A stretch of 64,000 nucleotides of DNA from an uncultured bacterium (GTDB taxonomy: Bacteria; Verrucomicrobiota; Verrucomicrobiia; Verrucomicrobiales; DEV007). The notes below the pieces were generated by a model. It did no database searches. It saw nothing but the letters and a program-made list of their open reading frames with translations, and had not been told where the DNA came from. Each line of letters opens with the position of its first letter. The first letter of the stretch is position 1. Location: assembly GCA_963977015.1 (NCBI GenBank), contig CAXBMO010000016.1, positions 87,045 to 151,044 on the forward strand, read 5' to 3'. The position numbers were made by a program, and so were the translations under genes. Below, piece after piece: positions 20,367 to 29,593 of this stretch.

Positions 20367-22778
20367 CTATTTGGTTCGAAAGGCTTCACTGGAGACGACG
20401 ATTTCTACCAGCTTTCGCAAACGGTAATCGTTCTCGGCAAACTCGTGACGTATTCCCTCGATCTCCGGTTCATCGGTGAGTTCCAGCGTCCGGCCCACCG
20501 CATAACTCAAGAGCTTGGAAACCAAGGCGTGAGCAAACTGATCTTTCCGTTCCGTCAGAAGAAAGGCTCGCAGTTCTTCGACGCCCTTTACCTCATGACC
20601 ACCGGGCAGCACATCCATCGCCACCACCGGATTCGAGACAAACTTTTTGCCCGCCTTCCGCCGAATCGTCTCTCGATAGAGCCCGACCGCATCAAAATGT
20701 TCCAACGCGATCCCCCAGGGATCGATCCCGCGATGGCAATCGACACAACCGGGCTCGTCACGGTGAGCGGCGAGTTGTTCACGAACCGTCAACTTCGCGA
20801 AATCCGGGTTCTCCGCGTCCAGACTCGGCACATCGGGCGGAGGTGGCGCCGGTGGATCGTGAAGCAGACGTTCCCGAATCCAGACCGCCCGTTTGATGGG
20901 ATGAGAGTCTTCCCCGGTCGACGCTCCCAGCAACGTGCTCGCCTGAGTCAACAATCCCCCTCGCCGCGAATCGGATGCCAGCACCACTTTCTCAAACGCC
21001 GTGGTTCGCGGGCCATTCTCAAGGCCGTAGTGACGAGCGAGCGGTTCATTTGCCATGACGAAGTCCGAGTCCAGAAACAAAAGCGCTGACAAATTCTGTT
21101 CCAGAATTTCCGCGAAGAACGCCTCGGTTTCCTGACGCATCCACGGCTTCAGCGCAGGATCGAAATCCGGGTAATATTCGGGATTGATCGCCACCCGATC
21201 CAACTGGTCCAGATCCAGCCATTGACCGGTAAACTGCTTCACGAAGCGACGCGATTTCGGACTCTGCAACATCCGCTCAACCTCGGCCGAAAGCGTCGCC
21301 GGATCGCTCAGGGTTCCCGCCTTCGCCAACTCAAAGAGCCGGTCGTCCGGCATCGAACTCCACAGAAAATAGGAAAGCCGCGAAGCCAGTTCATATTCGT
21401 TCAAGGGTCGCTTTTCGTCCGACGAACCCGGTTCCACCAGAAACAGAAACTCGGGCGAGATCAATGCCATCGCCAACGTCTCTCGCGCCGCTTCTTCGAA
21501 GGTCTCAAAGGTGGGGCGAACTTTGGCGAAGTAACGTTGCAGATTCTTCACCTCCACTTCGGTTGGCGGCCGACGAAACGCCCGCGCGAGAAACTGCTCC
21601 AGAACTTCCCTCATATAAACCAACTCCCCTTCTTCCCGGGTCGCCGAGTCAGGCAAAATCTGCCGGTGATGGTTCGGCGGCCAGGCCTCGAAAATCGGCG
21701 ACTTGAACTCGACGGACTCGACCACAATTTGCGGGAAATCGGGATCGGCTTCGTAAATGGTTTTCCTGGACTTCTTCTTCGGGTTCTTGGGATTGACCGT
21801 TTCAATCGTCATCGCCTCCTTCACGTTCTTCCCATCGTGATAAGCATTGGAAACCCAGATCAACAGTCCCGGGTACTTGCTCTGAACACGGCTCTGCAGC
21901 GGGAACTCTTCAAGGCGGCCGCGAAGCACGTACTCCCTGGACTCAGGCGCCACATCAATCCTGGCAACTTCCCGCGACGGTCGCTGCGTGTCGGCACGAT
22001 AACCCAGATCCACTTTCATCACCGGATAAGCCGAGTCCTGCGTCGGCAGCTTCGCGTGAGCTCGGACCCGAATTTCAAACTCGCCTTCTTCCGGAAAATC
22101 GGGAACGCGGGAGACAAACACACCGCTGCGGGCAAGTTGATTCGTGAAGTTCCCCCTACCCTTGTCCGCATCGCTCTTCTCCGTGAGGTGAACAACGGGC
22201 TCGGGCTCGGGACCCAACACGATCGCCCGGCTCAGGGCATTGCGCGCCGTGGCAAGAAAGTGTTCCAGTTGCATCGCCGACATCCCCAACGAAGCGCCGT
22301 TGTTCTGAAATCCATCCGGGCTCAAGGGATCACTCGGCAGATTTCGGACGTAGTTGAGATCCAGCCTCAGCAGATCCTGCATCGTGTTCTGATATTCCAC
22401 TCGGTTCAGCCGCCGAATCACCACCCGACCTCCACTTGACTGCTTCGCCGCAATCGCGCGTTGCAACTCATCATTGATCCAATCGCTCAACACCTTGCGC
22501 TCGGCATCGGACGGCTGAGCTTCGTCGTCAGGCGGCATCTCTCCGAGTTGCAGGGCGTTCAACGCGTCGTGCCAGGTTTCGGCCGCCGCGGAATCGGCTA
22601 GCATGTCCGTCGAAAGCGTGTCGAATCGCACCTTGCCCTTTTCCCGGTCCGGTCCGTGACAACGGATGCAGTAGTCGTTCAAAACGGGACGAACATCACG
22701 GTCAAAATCCACGTCTGCAGCCATGGCAAACGCCGGAATCAAGCAAAGGAAAGGAAGTGGCAGGTGGCGAAACATCAT
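20367..22778 (-). CDS. DUF1592-domain protein (planctomycete cytochrome c + DUF1587/1595/1592/1588/1585)
   Basis: CIRCH, RRLNRVEYQNT, ELASRLSYFLWSSMPD, RGGLLTQ, CVDCH, FDAVG. Confidence 0.9.
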   Translation of the reverse strand: MMFRHLPLPFLCLIPAFAMAADVDFDRDVRPVLNDYCIRCHGPDREKGKVRFDTLSTDMLADSAAAETWHDALNALQLGEMPPDDEAQPSDAERKVLSDWINDELQRAIAAKQSSGGRVVIRRLNRVEYQNTMQDLLRLDLNYVRNLPSDPLSPDGFQNNGASLGMSAMQLEHFLATARNALSRAIVLGPEPEPVVHLTEKSDADKGRGNFTNQLARSGVFVSRVPDFPEEGEFEIRVRAHAKLPTQDSAYPVMKVDLGYRADTQRPSREVARIDVAPESREYVLRGRLEEFPLQSRVQSKYPGLLIWVSNAYHDGKNVKEAMTIETVNPKNPKKKSRKTIYEADPDFPQIVVESVEFKSPIFEAWPPNHHRQILPDSATREEGELVYMREVLEQFLARAFRRPPTEVEVKNLQRYFAKVRPTFETFEEAARETLAMALISPEFLFLVEPGSSDEKRPLNEYELASRLSYFLWSSMPDDRLFELAKAGTLSDPATLSAEVERMLQSPKSRRFVKQFTGQWLDLDQLDRVAINPEYYPDFDPALKPWMRQETEAFFAEILEQNLSALLFLDSDFVMANEPLARHYGLENGPRTTAFEKVVLASDSRRGGLLTQASTLLGASTGEDSHPIKRAVWIRERLLHDPPAPPPPDVPSLDAENPDFAKLTVREQLAAHRDEPGCVDCHRGIDPWGIALEHFDAVGLYRETIRRKAGKKFVSNPVVAMDVLPGGHEVKGVEELRAFLLTERKDQFAHALVSKLLSYAVGRTLELTDEPEIEGIRHEFAENDYRLRKLVEIVVSSEAFRTK

Positions 22779-22917
22779 GAAGAATCAGGAACAGACACGG
22801 AAACCGGTCCGCTGGTATTTCAGCCGGATTCCAACTTTGAAAATCGCGTTCCCCAGCCATCCGCGCCATCCAGGGATCGTCCTTGTTGACCTCCCGTTGC
22901 ACGGGTATGAGTCGTTC

Positions 22918-24432
22918 ATGACCACGAAACTCCTCCTTGGCCTTCTGCTGGCGACGGTCGCCAACTCGATCGCGGAACCTCGCTACGCCCGGATTTTTAC
23001 CGATCACGCGGTCTTGCAGCGGGACGCCAATGTCCTGGTTTGGGGATTCGATGCGGACCCCAAAGTTCCCCTTCAACTCCGATTTGGCGCCATCACCGCC
23101 AATGCCGGGATCGAACCGGACGGCAGCTGGACCGCCGAGTTGCCGCCGATGCCGGCCAGCCAAACCGGAAGAAATCTGGAGTTGCTTCAGGGCGAGACCG
23201 TCGTGGCCGCCCTGCGCGACATTCTGGTTGGTGACGTGTGGTTGGGCGCCGGGCAATCCAACATGCAATTCGTGGTTCGCGGCATGTTGAAAGGACTGCC
23301 GGAAGCTCAACGCTGGGCGGACTCGGCAACGAAACCAACGATTCGGATTCGCCGCATCGACGCGCCGGTTCTGGAGAGTCGAACCCGGGAATCGCGGGAT
23401 CTCCCAAAGGCCGATCCCTGGATGGCGATGACGCCTGAGAGCGTGCCGAATTTCTCCGCGGTTCTCGCGGTCTTCGCCCGCCAACTCAACGATGAACTCG
23501 CGGTGCCGATCGGAATCATCGACACCTCCTGGGGAGGGAAACCCATCGAGCCGTTTATTCCGCGCGAAGCGTTCGAATCGCCCCTCCTCAGCCCCATTCG
23601 CGACCTGGCGGATCGCGATCAGCTGGACGAACTCGCGAAGCACCGTGGCGGCGTCATCATTCGCAATCCCGAGGGACATCCCGGCGCGATTTTCAATGCG
23701 CGGATTCGCCCGGTCATTCCCTATGCCTTGAAAGGCTTCCTCTGGTATCAAGCCGAATCGAACGCCGGCAAAGGCGAGGACCCGCGCAACTATCGGCACA
23801 AGATGGAAGCGCTTGCCAGTGGCTGGCGGAATCGCTGGGCGCATCCGGATCTGCCGTTCTACTTTGTCCAGCTTCCGAGTTATCCCAACGCCACCGGCTG
23901 GATTCGGGTGCGCGAAGAGCAACGCCGCTCGCTTTCGATTCCCCATTCCGGGATGGCCGTGACCATCGACATCCGCGGCGAAGGCATTCATCCGCCCAAC
24001 AAAGTCGCGGTGGGTGAACGGCTCGCCGCCCTCGCTCTCGCCGACATCAACGACACCCCCAGCGGGACCGGCTCCGGCCCGATTTACGCTGGGCACCATA
24101 TCGTCGGTTGGGAAGTGCGCGTCCGGTTTCGCGAAGTCGGTCAAGCTCTCTTCATCGGAGACAAACCCGGATTTGGCCCACCGGAGAAAACTCCGGACGA
24201 ACCCCTCCGCTGGTTTGAACTCGCCGGAGCCGACGGCGTCTGGAAACCCGCCGAAGCGCGGATCGAAGGCAACGAAGTCGTCGTGCTCTGCCACGAGATC
24301 CCGCTCCCCGTCGCCGTCCGCTACGCCTGCACCACCGAACCCCAGGGAGGCAACCTCTACAACGCAGCCGGCCTCCCCGCCTCGCCCTTCTGCAGCGACC
24401 TGGAACTGCTCCCCTGGCAAGATCATCAGTAG
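22918..24432 (+). CDS. Sialate O-acetylesterase family (SASA) protein
   Basis: GDVWLGAGQSNM, SWGG, WYQAESN, IHPPNK, NLYNAAGLPASPF. Confidence 0.9.
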   Translation: MTTKLLLGLLLATVANSIAEPRYARIFTDHAVLQRDANVLVWGFDADPKVPLQLRFGAITANAGIEPDGSWTAELPPMPASQTGRNLELLQGETVVAALRDILVGDVWLGAGQSNMQFVVRGMLKGLPEAQRWADSATKPTIRIRRIDAPVLESRTRESRDLPKADPWMAMTPESVPNFSAVLAVFARQLNDELAVPIGIIDTSWGGKPIEPFIPREAFESPLLSPIRDLADRDQLDELAKHRGGVIIRNPEGHPGAIFNARIRPVIPYALKGFLWYQAESNAGKGEDPRNYRHKMEALASGWRNRWAHPDLPFYFVQLPSYPNATGWIRVREEQRRSLSIPHSGMAVTIDIRGEGIHPPNKVAVGERLAALALADINDTPSGTGSGPIYAGHHIVGWEVRVRFREVGQALFIGDKPGFGPPEKTPDEPLRWFELAGADGVWKPAEARIEGNEVVVLCHEIPLPVAVRYACTTEPQGGNLYNAAGLPASPFCSDLELLPWQDHQ

Positions 24433-24436
24433 CGCC

Positions 24437-24460
24437 GTAGCGGAATTTGCAAAGATTCCG
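24437..24460 (+). repeat. GTAG-type REP-like hairpin
   Basis: GTAG followed by CGGAAT-ttgcaaag-ATTCCG, just after the esterase stop codon. Confidence 0.5.
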
Positions 24461-24493
24461 CCCCACCGGGCTTCGAAACGCTTCGCCCTGATC

Positions 24494-24564
24494 CTCACGC
24501 AAAGCCGCAAAGACGCGGAGTCAGGAATTGAAAGAATCTCTGCGACTCAGCGCCTCTGCGTGAG
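24494..24564. repeat. REP-like inverted pair (27-bp arms)
   Basis: CTCACGCAAAGCCGCAAAGACGCGGAG (24494-24520) and CTCTGCGACTCAGCGCCTCTGCGTGAG (24538-24564). Confidence 0.7.
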
Positions 24565-24627
24565 ACCAAATCTTTCCCCTTGCTTCCAAGTATCTTCCTT
24601 CTTTACCCTCACCCAGATCTTGAGGCC

Positions 24628-27600
24628 ATGGCAGACGAGAATATCTCCTTCACTCTGAAACGCGAATACTGGTGCTTCATCAGCTATCGGCATTCCGATA
24701 ACACCGAGCCCGGTCGCGAGTGGGCCTCCTGGCTCCATCACAGCCTGGAAACCTACGAGGTGCCCAAGGACCTCGTCGGCAAAACCAACGAGCGCGGCGA
24801 AACCATCCCGGCCCAGATCTACCCCGTCTTCCGCGACGAAGAAGAACTTGCCGCCGGCCATCTCAAGGAAGGCATTCGCGCCGCTCTTGCAGTCGCCAAA
24901 TCGCTCGTCGTCATCTGCTCCCCCCGCACGCCGGAGTCGGAATACGTCGACGAAGAAATCCGCACCTACCAGCAATTGCGCAACCAGGAAATCCGCGAAG
25001 GCAAAACACCTCGCCGTGCCGATCCCATCATCATGGTCATCGAGGGCGACCCGCAAGCCGATCCTGCTGACAGCAAAGCAGCCTGCCTCCCGAAAAGCCT
25101 CCGGTATGAGATCGACGAAGCGGGTCAAATTACCGACCGGCCCGCACCGGAATCCCTCTGGATGGATTTCCGCCCGCCCACCGGCGAACCTGGTTGGACG
25201 TCCTCGGGCGCCTACCGCGAAGCTGCTCTGGAAGCCGGTTCTTCCGATGACAAAAAGGCCATCGAGTCCGAAGTCGCCGCCTACGCCAAAAAGCTGGACA
25301 ACCTCAAGCTCCAAATCATCGCTGGGATTCTCGGGGTTCCGCTGGGCGAGGTGCAGAAGCGGGACGAAGCTTATCAGGCGATGAAAGCGCGCAAACGCGT
25401 TCGTGCCTTGCGCCTCTGGTTGGCGGCAGTGGGGGTGTTTGCGGTAGCTGCTGTGATTGGCGGAATTGTCGCGGTCAATCAGCGTGAAAAGACCGTCACT
25501 GCGCAGCTGCTAAGCCAAAAGGAAAAGGCACTCAGGCAAAAGGAAATCGAATATCGTGCGGAAGAGCAAATCCAGCTAGGAATCGCAGCTAGCAATCTCA
25601 AAAATCGAGATGAGGCGGCGATTCGCCATCTGCTCGGCTACGAGTTGGCCGAGACTCATGAAGAAACTCGCCAGGCAGCCACCGAGCTAATTGCCAATGT
25701 TCCGAAACCTTTGCAGATTCTTCGCCACCAAAGTGCCGTTGAACGTGCAAAGTTCATAAGTTCGACAGACCTGTTGATAAGCGTCAGCGAAGATAAGACA
25801 GCAAAAATTTGGAATACCCAAAGCGGACAAATTGTAGGCGAAATTAATGCGCGTCAAAGTGATGTCAGATCGATGGAATTCAGCAATGAAGGTCAATCTT
25901 TCTTTACTCTGAATGGGCGCTCCACAGTTCAAATCTGGGACACACGAAGCGGGAGACGTATCGGTGAGCCGCTTAAACATGAATCATATGTAGTAAGCGG
26001 AGAATACAGCGTAGACGGCAGTCGCATAGCTACAGTCAGTAGCAAAAAGGCGTGGATTTGGGACGTGGGAAGCCGGAGGCAGATCGTCGGACCCCTGGTT
26101 CATGGAAGTTACAATCTGAGAGAGGCACGGTTCAGCGCAGACGGTACAAAAGTCATCACTATAGGCGACTTTGCAGTTAGAATTTGGAATCTAGAAAGTG
26201 GATTGCCCGTCGGCGAGCCGCTAGTTCATGAAGGTAGAATCACCATAGCAAAGTTCAGTTCCGACGACAGGCTTTTGCTCACGGCAGATGATGGCGGTTC
26301 TCTGAAAATATGGGATGCCAAAAGTGGTGTACCGGTTGGTAACGCCTTTCAACACGAACATTCCATTTACGATGCTCAATTCGCTCCAGATAGCCTGCGT
26401 GTCGCTACAGCGAGCAGAGACCAAACAGCACGAATCTGGAACCTACAGAATAGCAAACCGGTCGGTGAGCCCCTTCGGCATGAAGCTTCTGTCGTTAGTG
26501 TTGATTTTAGTGCGGACGGACGCTTTTTAGTCACCGCCAGCGCGGACGGCACTGCGCGAATCTGGGACGCGACCAGCGGACTGCCTGTTGGTGCCCCTCT
26601 CCATCAAAGTGGTCTCGTTGGTGGAGCAAAGTTCAGTGTAGACGGGCACCAGGTTCTCACTTATGGGAGGACCGGTGAGGTTGTGAAAATCTGGGACGCA
26701 GAATATGGCCAATCCGTGGGCGAAGTATCATTCGGCCAAGAGTCAGCCTTTGCTGACTTGCACTTCTCTGCAAAGGGAGCTCGCGTACTCTCGACCACCG
26801 GGAACACGGCACGAATTTGGGACCTGCTGACTGGACAGCCAATCGGCGAGGTTTTTGCGCATGAATGGGATGTCTACGGTGCGAAATTCAGCGTAGACGG
26901 ACGATTTGTGGTAACGGCAAGTTTTGACCGCACGGCTCAAATCTGGGACGCGAATACCAGTTTGCCCGTCGGTGCACCTCTTGAACATGGGGGGATAGTA
27001 AGGAGAGCAATTTTCAGCGCCGATGGGCGCCGTCTCTTGACTATTGGTAGGGACGATCGAATCGTGCAAATATGGGACGCGGTTGCAGGCCAGCGGATCG
27101 GCAACGGCCTTAGCCACGATTCATTTGTAGTGAGCGGGAAGTTTAGTGCGGACGGGCATCGTGTAGTAACGGTAAGCGATAATCGGTTGGCTAGGATTTG
27201 GAACGCAGAAGCCGGGCAGCTTGTGGGTGAGCCTATCGCCCATGAGAGGGTGGTATTCAGTCCTGAATTCAGCCCAGACAGCCAGCGATTGTTTACAGCA
27301 ATCAATAGCGATTCGATTGGTCTTTGGGACTCCAATACGGGGCAATCCATCGGCATCCCTCTCACGCACAGGTTTAGTATCAATGGAGTTCGATTCAATC
27401 CCAACGGTCGAACTTTAGTTACAGCAAGCGACGACTGTACAGCGCAGATTTGGGACGTGCAAAACGGTCATCCTGTTGGTGATTCGCTTCGGCATGGGGG
27501 TAGCGTCTCCAGCGCAGAGTTCCGAGGGGACGGACGTCGTGTGGTGACGGCAAGCTTGGACGGGACAGTGCGGATCTGGGATGCAGAAACCGGTCAACAG

Positions 27601-28092
27601 ATCGGCGAGCCCTTACGCCACGATGACAAGGTATTTCATGCGCGATTCGATGCAAATGGCCGTCGAATTATTTCTCTGGATGCTGAAGGTTCCGCCAGAA
27701 TTTGGGCTACGACAACCGGCCAGCAACTTGGCGAGGCGTTTACCCACAAAAGCAAAATTCGTTCGGCAGAATCCAGTGGCGACGGCCGCTACCTGATCAC
27801 AAGAAGTCAAGATTCGATTCGTACTTGGAATATGCCAGCCCCGGCTTGGGACGACCCTGAATGGCTCAAGCTCTCAGTAGAATACCGCTCAAATCATATC
27901 TACGATCACGAAAGCCGACTGATCCGAAAATTGACTTACCCGGAACACTTAGAGCGCCTGAAGTCGCTGCACGAAGAATACTCCGATGAACTCTGCGACT
28001 CCCCAACGTGGGAGCAAATCGACCGCTGGGTCGCAGAACAACGGCCGGGTTGGGAGAGTATGGTCCAATTTTCGAAGCAATCCGAACCTTGA
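24628..28092 (+). CDS. TIR domain - transmembrane helix - WD40 repeat protein
   Basis: YWCFISYRHSD, VFRDEEEL and LVVICSP...SEYVDEEI (TIR); hydrophobic LWLAAVGVFAVAAVIGGIVAV; 17 repeats of about 42 aa of type LxH...FS.DG..V.T.S.D.TA.IWD. Confidence 0.92.
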   Translation: MADENISFTLKREYWCFISYRHSDNTEPGREWASWLHHSLETYEVPKDLVGKTNERGETIPAQIYPVFRDEEELAAGHLKEGIRAALAVAKSLVVICSPRTPESEYVDEEIRTYQQLRNQEIREGKTPRRADPIIMVIEGDPQADPADSKAACLPKSLRYEIDEAGQITDRPAPESLWMDFRPPTGEPGWTSSGAYREAALEAGSSDDKKAIESEVAAYAKKLDNLKLQIIAGILGVPLGEVQKRDEAYQAMKARKRVRALRLWLAAVGVFAVAAVIGGIVAVNQREKTVTAQLLSQKEKALRQKEIEYRAEEQIQLGIAASNLKNRDEAAIRHLLGYELAETHEETRQAATELIANVPKPLQILRHQSAVERAKFISSTDLLISVSEDKTAKIWNTQSGQIVGEINARQSDVRSMEFSNEGQSFFTLNGRSTVQIWDTRSGRRIGEPLKHESYVVSGEYSVDGSRIATVSSKKAWIWDVGSRRQIVGPLVHGSYNLREARFSADGTKVITIGDFAVRIWNLESGLPVGEPLVHEGRITIAKFSSDDRLLLTADDGGSLKIWDAKSGVPVGNAFQHEHSIYDAQFAPDSLRVATASRDQTARIWNLQNSKPVGEPLRHEASVVSVDFSADGRFLVTASADGTARIWDATSGLPVGAPLHQSGLVGGAKFSVDGHQVLTYGRTGEVVKIWDAEYGQSVGEVSFGQESAFADLHFSAKGARVLSTTGNTARIWDLLTGQPIGEVFAHEWDVYGAKFSVDGRFVVTASFDRTAQIWDANTSLPVGAPLEHGGIVRRAIFSADGRRLLTIGRDDRIVQIWDAVAGQRIGNGLSHDSFVVSGKFSADGHRVVTVSDNRLARIWNAEAGQLVGEPIAHERVVFSPEFSPDSQRLFTAINSDSIGLWDSNTGQSIGIPLTHRFSINGVRFNPNGRTLVTASDDCTAQIWDVQNGHPVGDSLRHGGSVSSAEFRGDGRRVVTASLDGTVRIWDAETGQQIGEPLRHDDKVFHARFDANGRRIISLDAEGSARIWATTTGQQLGEAFTHKSKIRSAESSGDGRYLITRSQDSIRTWNMPAPAWDDPEWLKLSVEYRSNHIYDHESRLIRKLTYPEHLERLKSLHEEYSDELCDSPTWEQIDRWVAEQRPGWESMVQFSKQSEP

Positions 28093-28166
28093 CGTGGTGA
28101 TTTGGGGATTGCTAGTGGAATTATTCGGACCCTCAAACAGTTACCGGTGGGCGAAAGTGAGCACAA

Positions 28167-28478
28167 TTGGCGGCTCTCTATCTCAAGGCGCTGGAGGCGG
28201 AAAACTGGGCTGCGGCGGAGACTTTTACGTCACAGCGACTGGCCAAGATGAAGCCGGGGGCGGAACGGCTCACCTGGGCCAATTCGAGCGTCGTCTGGGC
28301 CGTGACGCAGGTGATTCCCAACCAAATCGACGCTGCCTTGCAGAACGGCTTCATCAAGCTGGCCGAAATGCGCCTCGCCTCTTCCAAGGTGTTTGCCGCG
28401 ACGTTGCCGGAGGCGCATCGGGCGCATTTCGCGGATCTGGAGCGCAAGATTGCGGAGGCGAGGGCCAACGCGGATTAA
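28167..28478 (+). pseudogene. Orphan helical C-terminal gene fragment 1
   Basis: TTG-initiated ORF with no obvious RBS and host-like codon usage; its last ~30 aa are homologous to 28584-28680. Confidence 0.5.
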
Positions 28479-28485
28479 ACGACAA

Positions 28486-28582
28486 GGAGCGGCGACAATC
28501 CTGTCGCCCCCGGTGCCCTTGAATGACCTGCCGCGCACGAACTGCACGGATACTTCGCGGGCGACAGGATTGTCGCCGCCCC
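28486..28582. repeat. GGAG-type REP-like inverted pair
   Basis: GGAGCGGCGACAATCCTGTCGCCC (28486-28509) and GGGCGACAGGATTGTCGCCGCCCC (28559-28582) match at 23/24 as reverse complements; each arm is itself a hairpin. Confidence 0.8.
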
Positions 28583-28583
28583 G

Positions 28584-28680
28584 TGCGCCTCGCCTTGGCC
28601 AAGGTGTTTGCCGCGAGGCTGCCGAAGGAGGAGAAGTATCGCGCGCTTTTTGAAGACCTTGCGCGGAAGATTGCGGAGGC
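28584..28680 (+). pseudogene. Orphan C-terminal gene fragment 2 (diverged copy of 28369-28459)
   Basis: RLALAKVFAARLPKEEKYRALFEDLARKIAEA versus RLASSKVFAATLPEAHRAHFADLERKIAEA. Confidence 0.6.
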
Positions 28681-28712
28681 CCCAAGTTTCCGAGCTACTG
28701 ACCAGAATCTGA

Positions 28713-28739
28713 CTCTGCGTCTTGGCGGCTCTGCGTGAG
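28713..28739. repeat. Solo 27-bp repeat of the same family as 24494-24564
   Basis: CTCTGCGTCTTGGCGGCTCTGCGTGAG is 24/27 identical to the reverse complement of 24494-24520. Confidence 0.7.
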
Positions 28740-28776
28740 GGTTCCCGGCAACCTGAGATCCGACTTCGCTCGCAGC

Positions 28777-29229
28777 CTACCGCCTTCGTTTCGGCGGCAA
28801 TTTGATCAGCTGGGTGCCTTCCAGATCTTCCCGTGCCTGGCGGGCCATGGCGGCGGCCACTGGATTGACATCGGAATCTCCTTCGTCCATCGGCTCGGGA
28901 ACTTCCAATTCCTCCACGGTCAGGATGTTGAGTGTGACGGCTTTGCCGAGGATGACTTCGTCGCCGTATTGGATCAACAAGGCATCCCAGCCCACCGCCA
29001 TCCCATTGATCTGAGATCCATTGGTCGATCCGAGGTCGCGAAAGATCCATTGGGAGGAGTCCGCGCCTTTGACAAATTCGCAGTGCGTGTTGGAGAGCGC
29101 TGGATTGTCGATCTGGAGATGATTGTGCTTCGAGCGTCCAATGCGAATCAGGTCTCCGTCAACGTGGAAACAGCGAGGTGCCTCGTTCGACACCGTCACC
29201 ATGAGAACAGTCTTGAGTATTAAGCTCAT
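28777..29229 (-). CDS. FHA domain protein
   Basis: IGRS, LSNTHC and DLGSTNGSQING FHA motifs. Confidence 0.9.
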   Translation of the reverse strand: MSLILKTVLMVTVSNEAPRCFHVDGDLIRIGRSKHNHLQIDNPALSNTHCEFVKGADSSQWIFRDLGSTNGSQINGMAVGWDALLIQYGDEVILGKAVTLNILTVEELEVPEPMDEGDSDVNPVAAAMARQAREDLEGTQLIKLPPKRRR

Positions 29230-29593
29230 TGAAAAAGTACCTCGCTACTTTTATGCCATCTGTCGCGGCAAATTCCTAAAAAAATCCGGAATTTTCTGGG
29301 TTTTTTCCGCTCTTTGCCGGAATTCGCTCGGAAGGGAGATTTTCCCAGCACAAAACAACGATTTTGGCCAAGTGCCGCGACTGGATTTCGCATTCCCCGG
29401 ACATTGCGACCGATTTCCGGTCGCGGTCCGCTCACGCTCGAGAAAAGCGGGGTTGGCGTCCGTGGTTCATGTGCCGAAATGGACAGCAAGTGCGGCTTGC
29501 ACGTTGATGGTGTGTTCGCGGTTTGGCGGCAACGCACCGGCGCCGAAATCGACCCTGGCGAAAGATGTATTGTGATCGGTCCGTGCAAACCAT

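Noticed and set aside
22702-24510. 602-aa minus-strand ORF
   Set aside because: Antisense shadow of the sialate O-acetylesterase.
25711-27830. ~126-nt periodicity as a possible CRISPR array or DGR target
   Set aside because: It is in-frame WD40 coding repetition; there are no identical repeats with unique spacers, no cas genes, no reverse transcriptase and no adenine-specific TR/VR pair.
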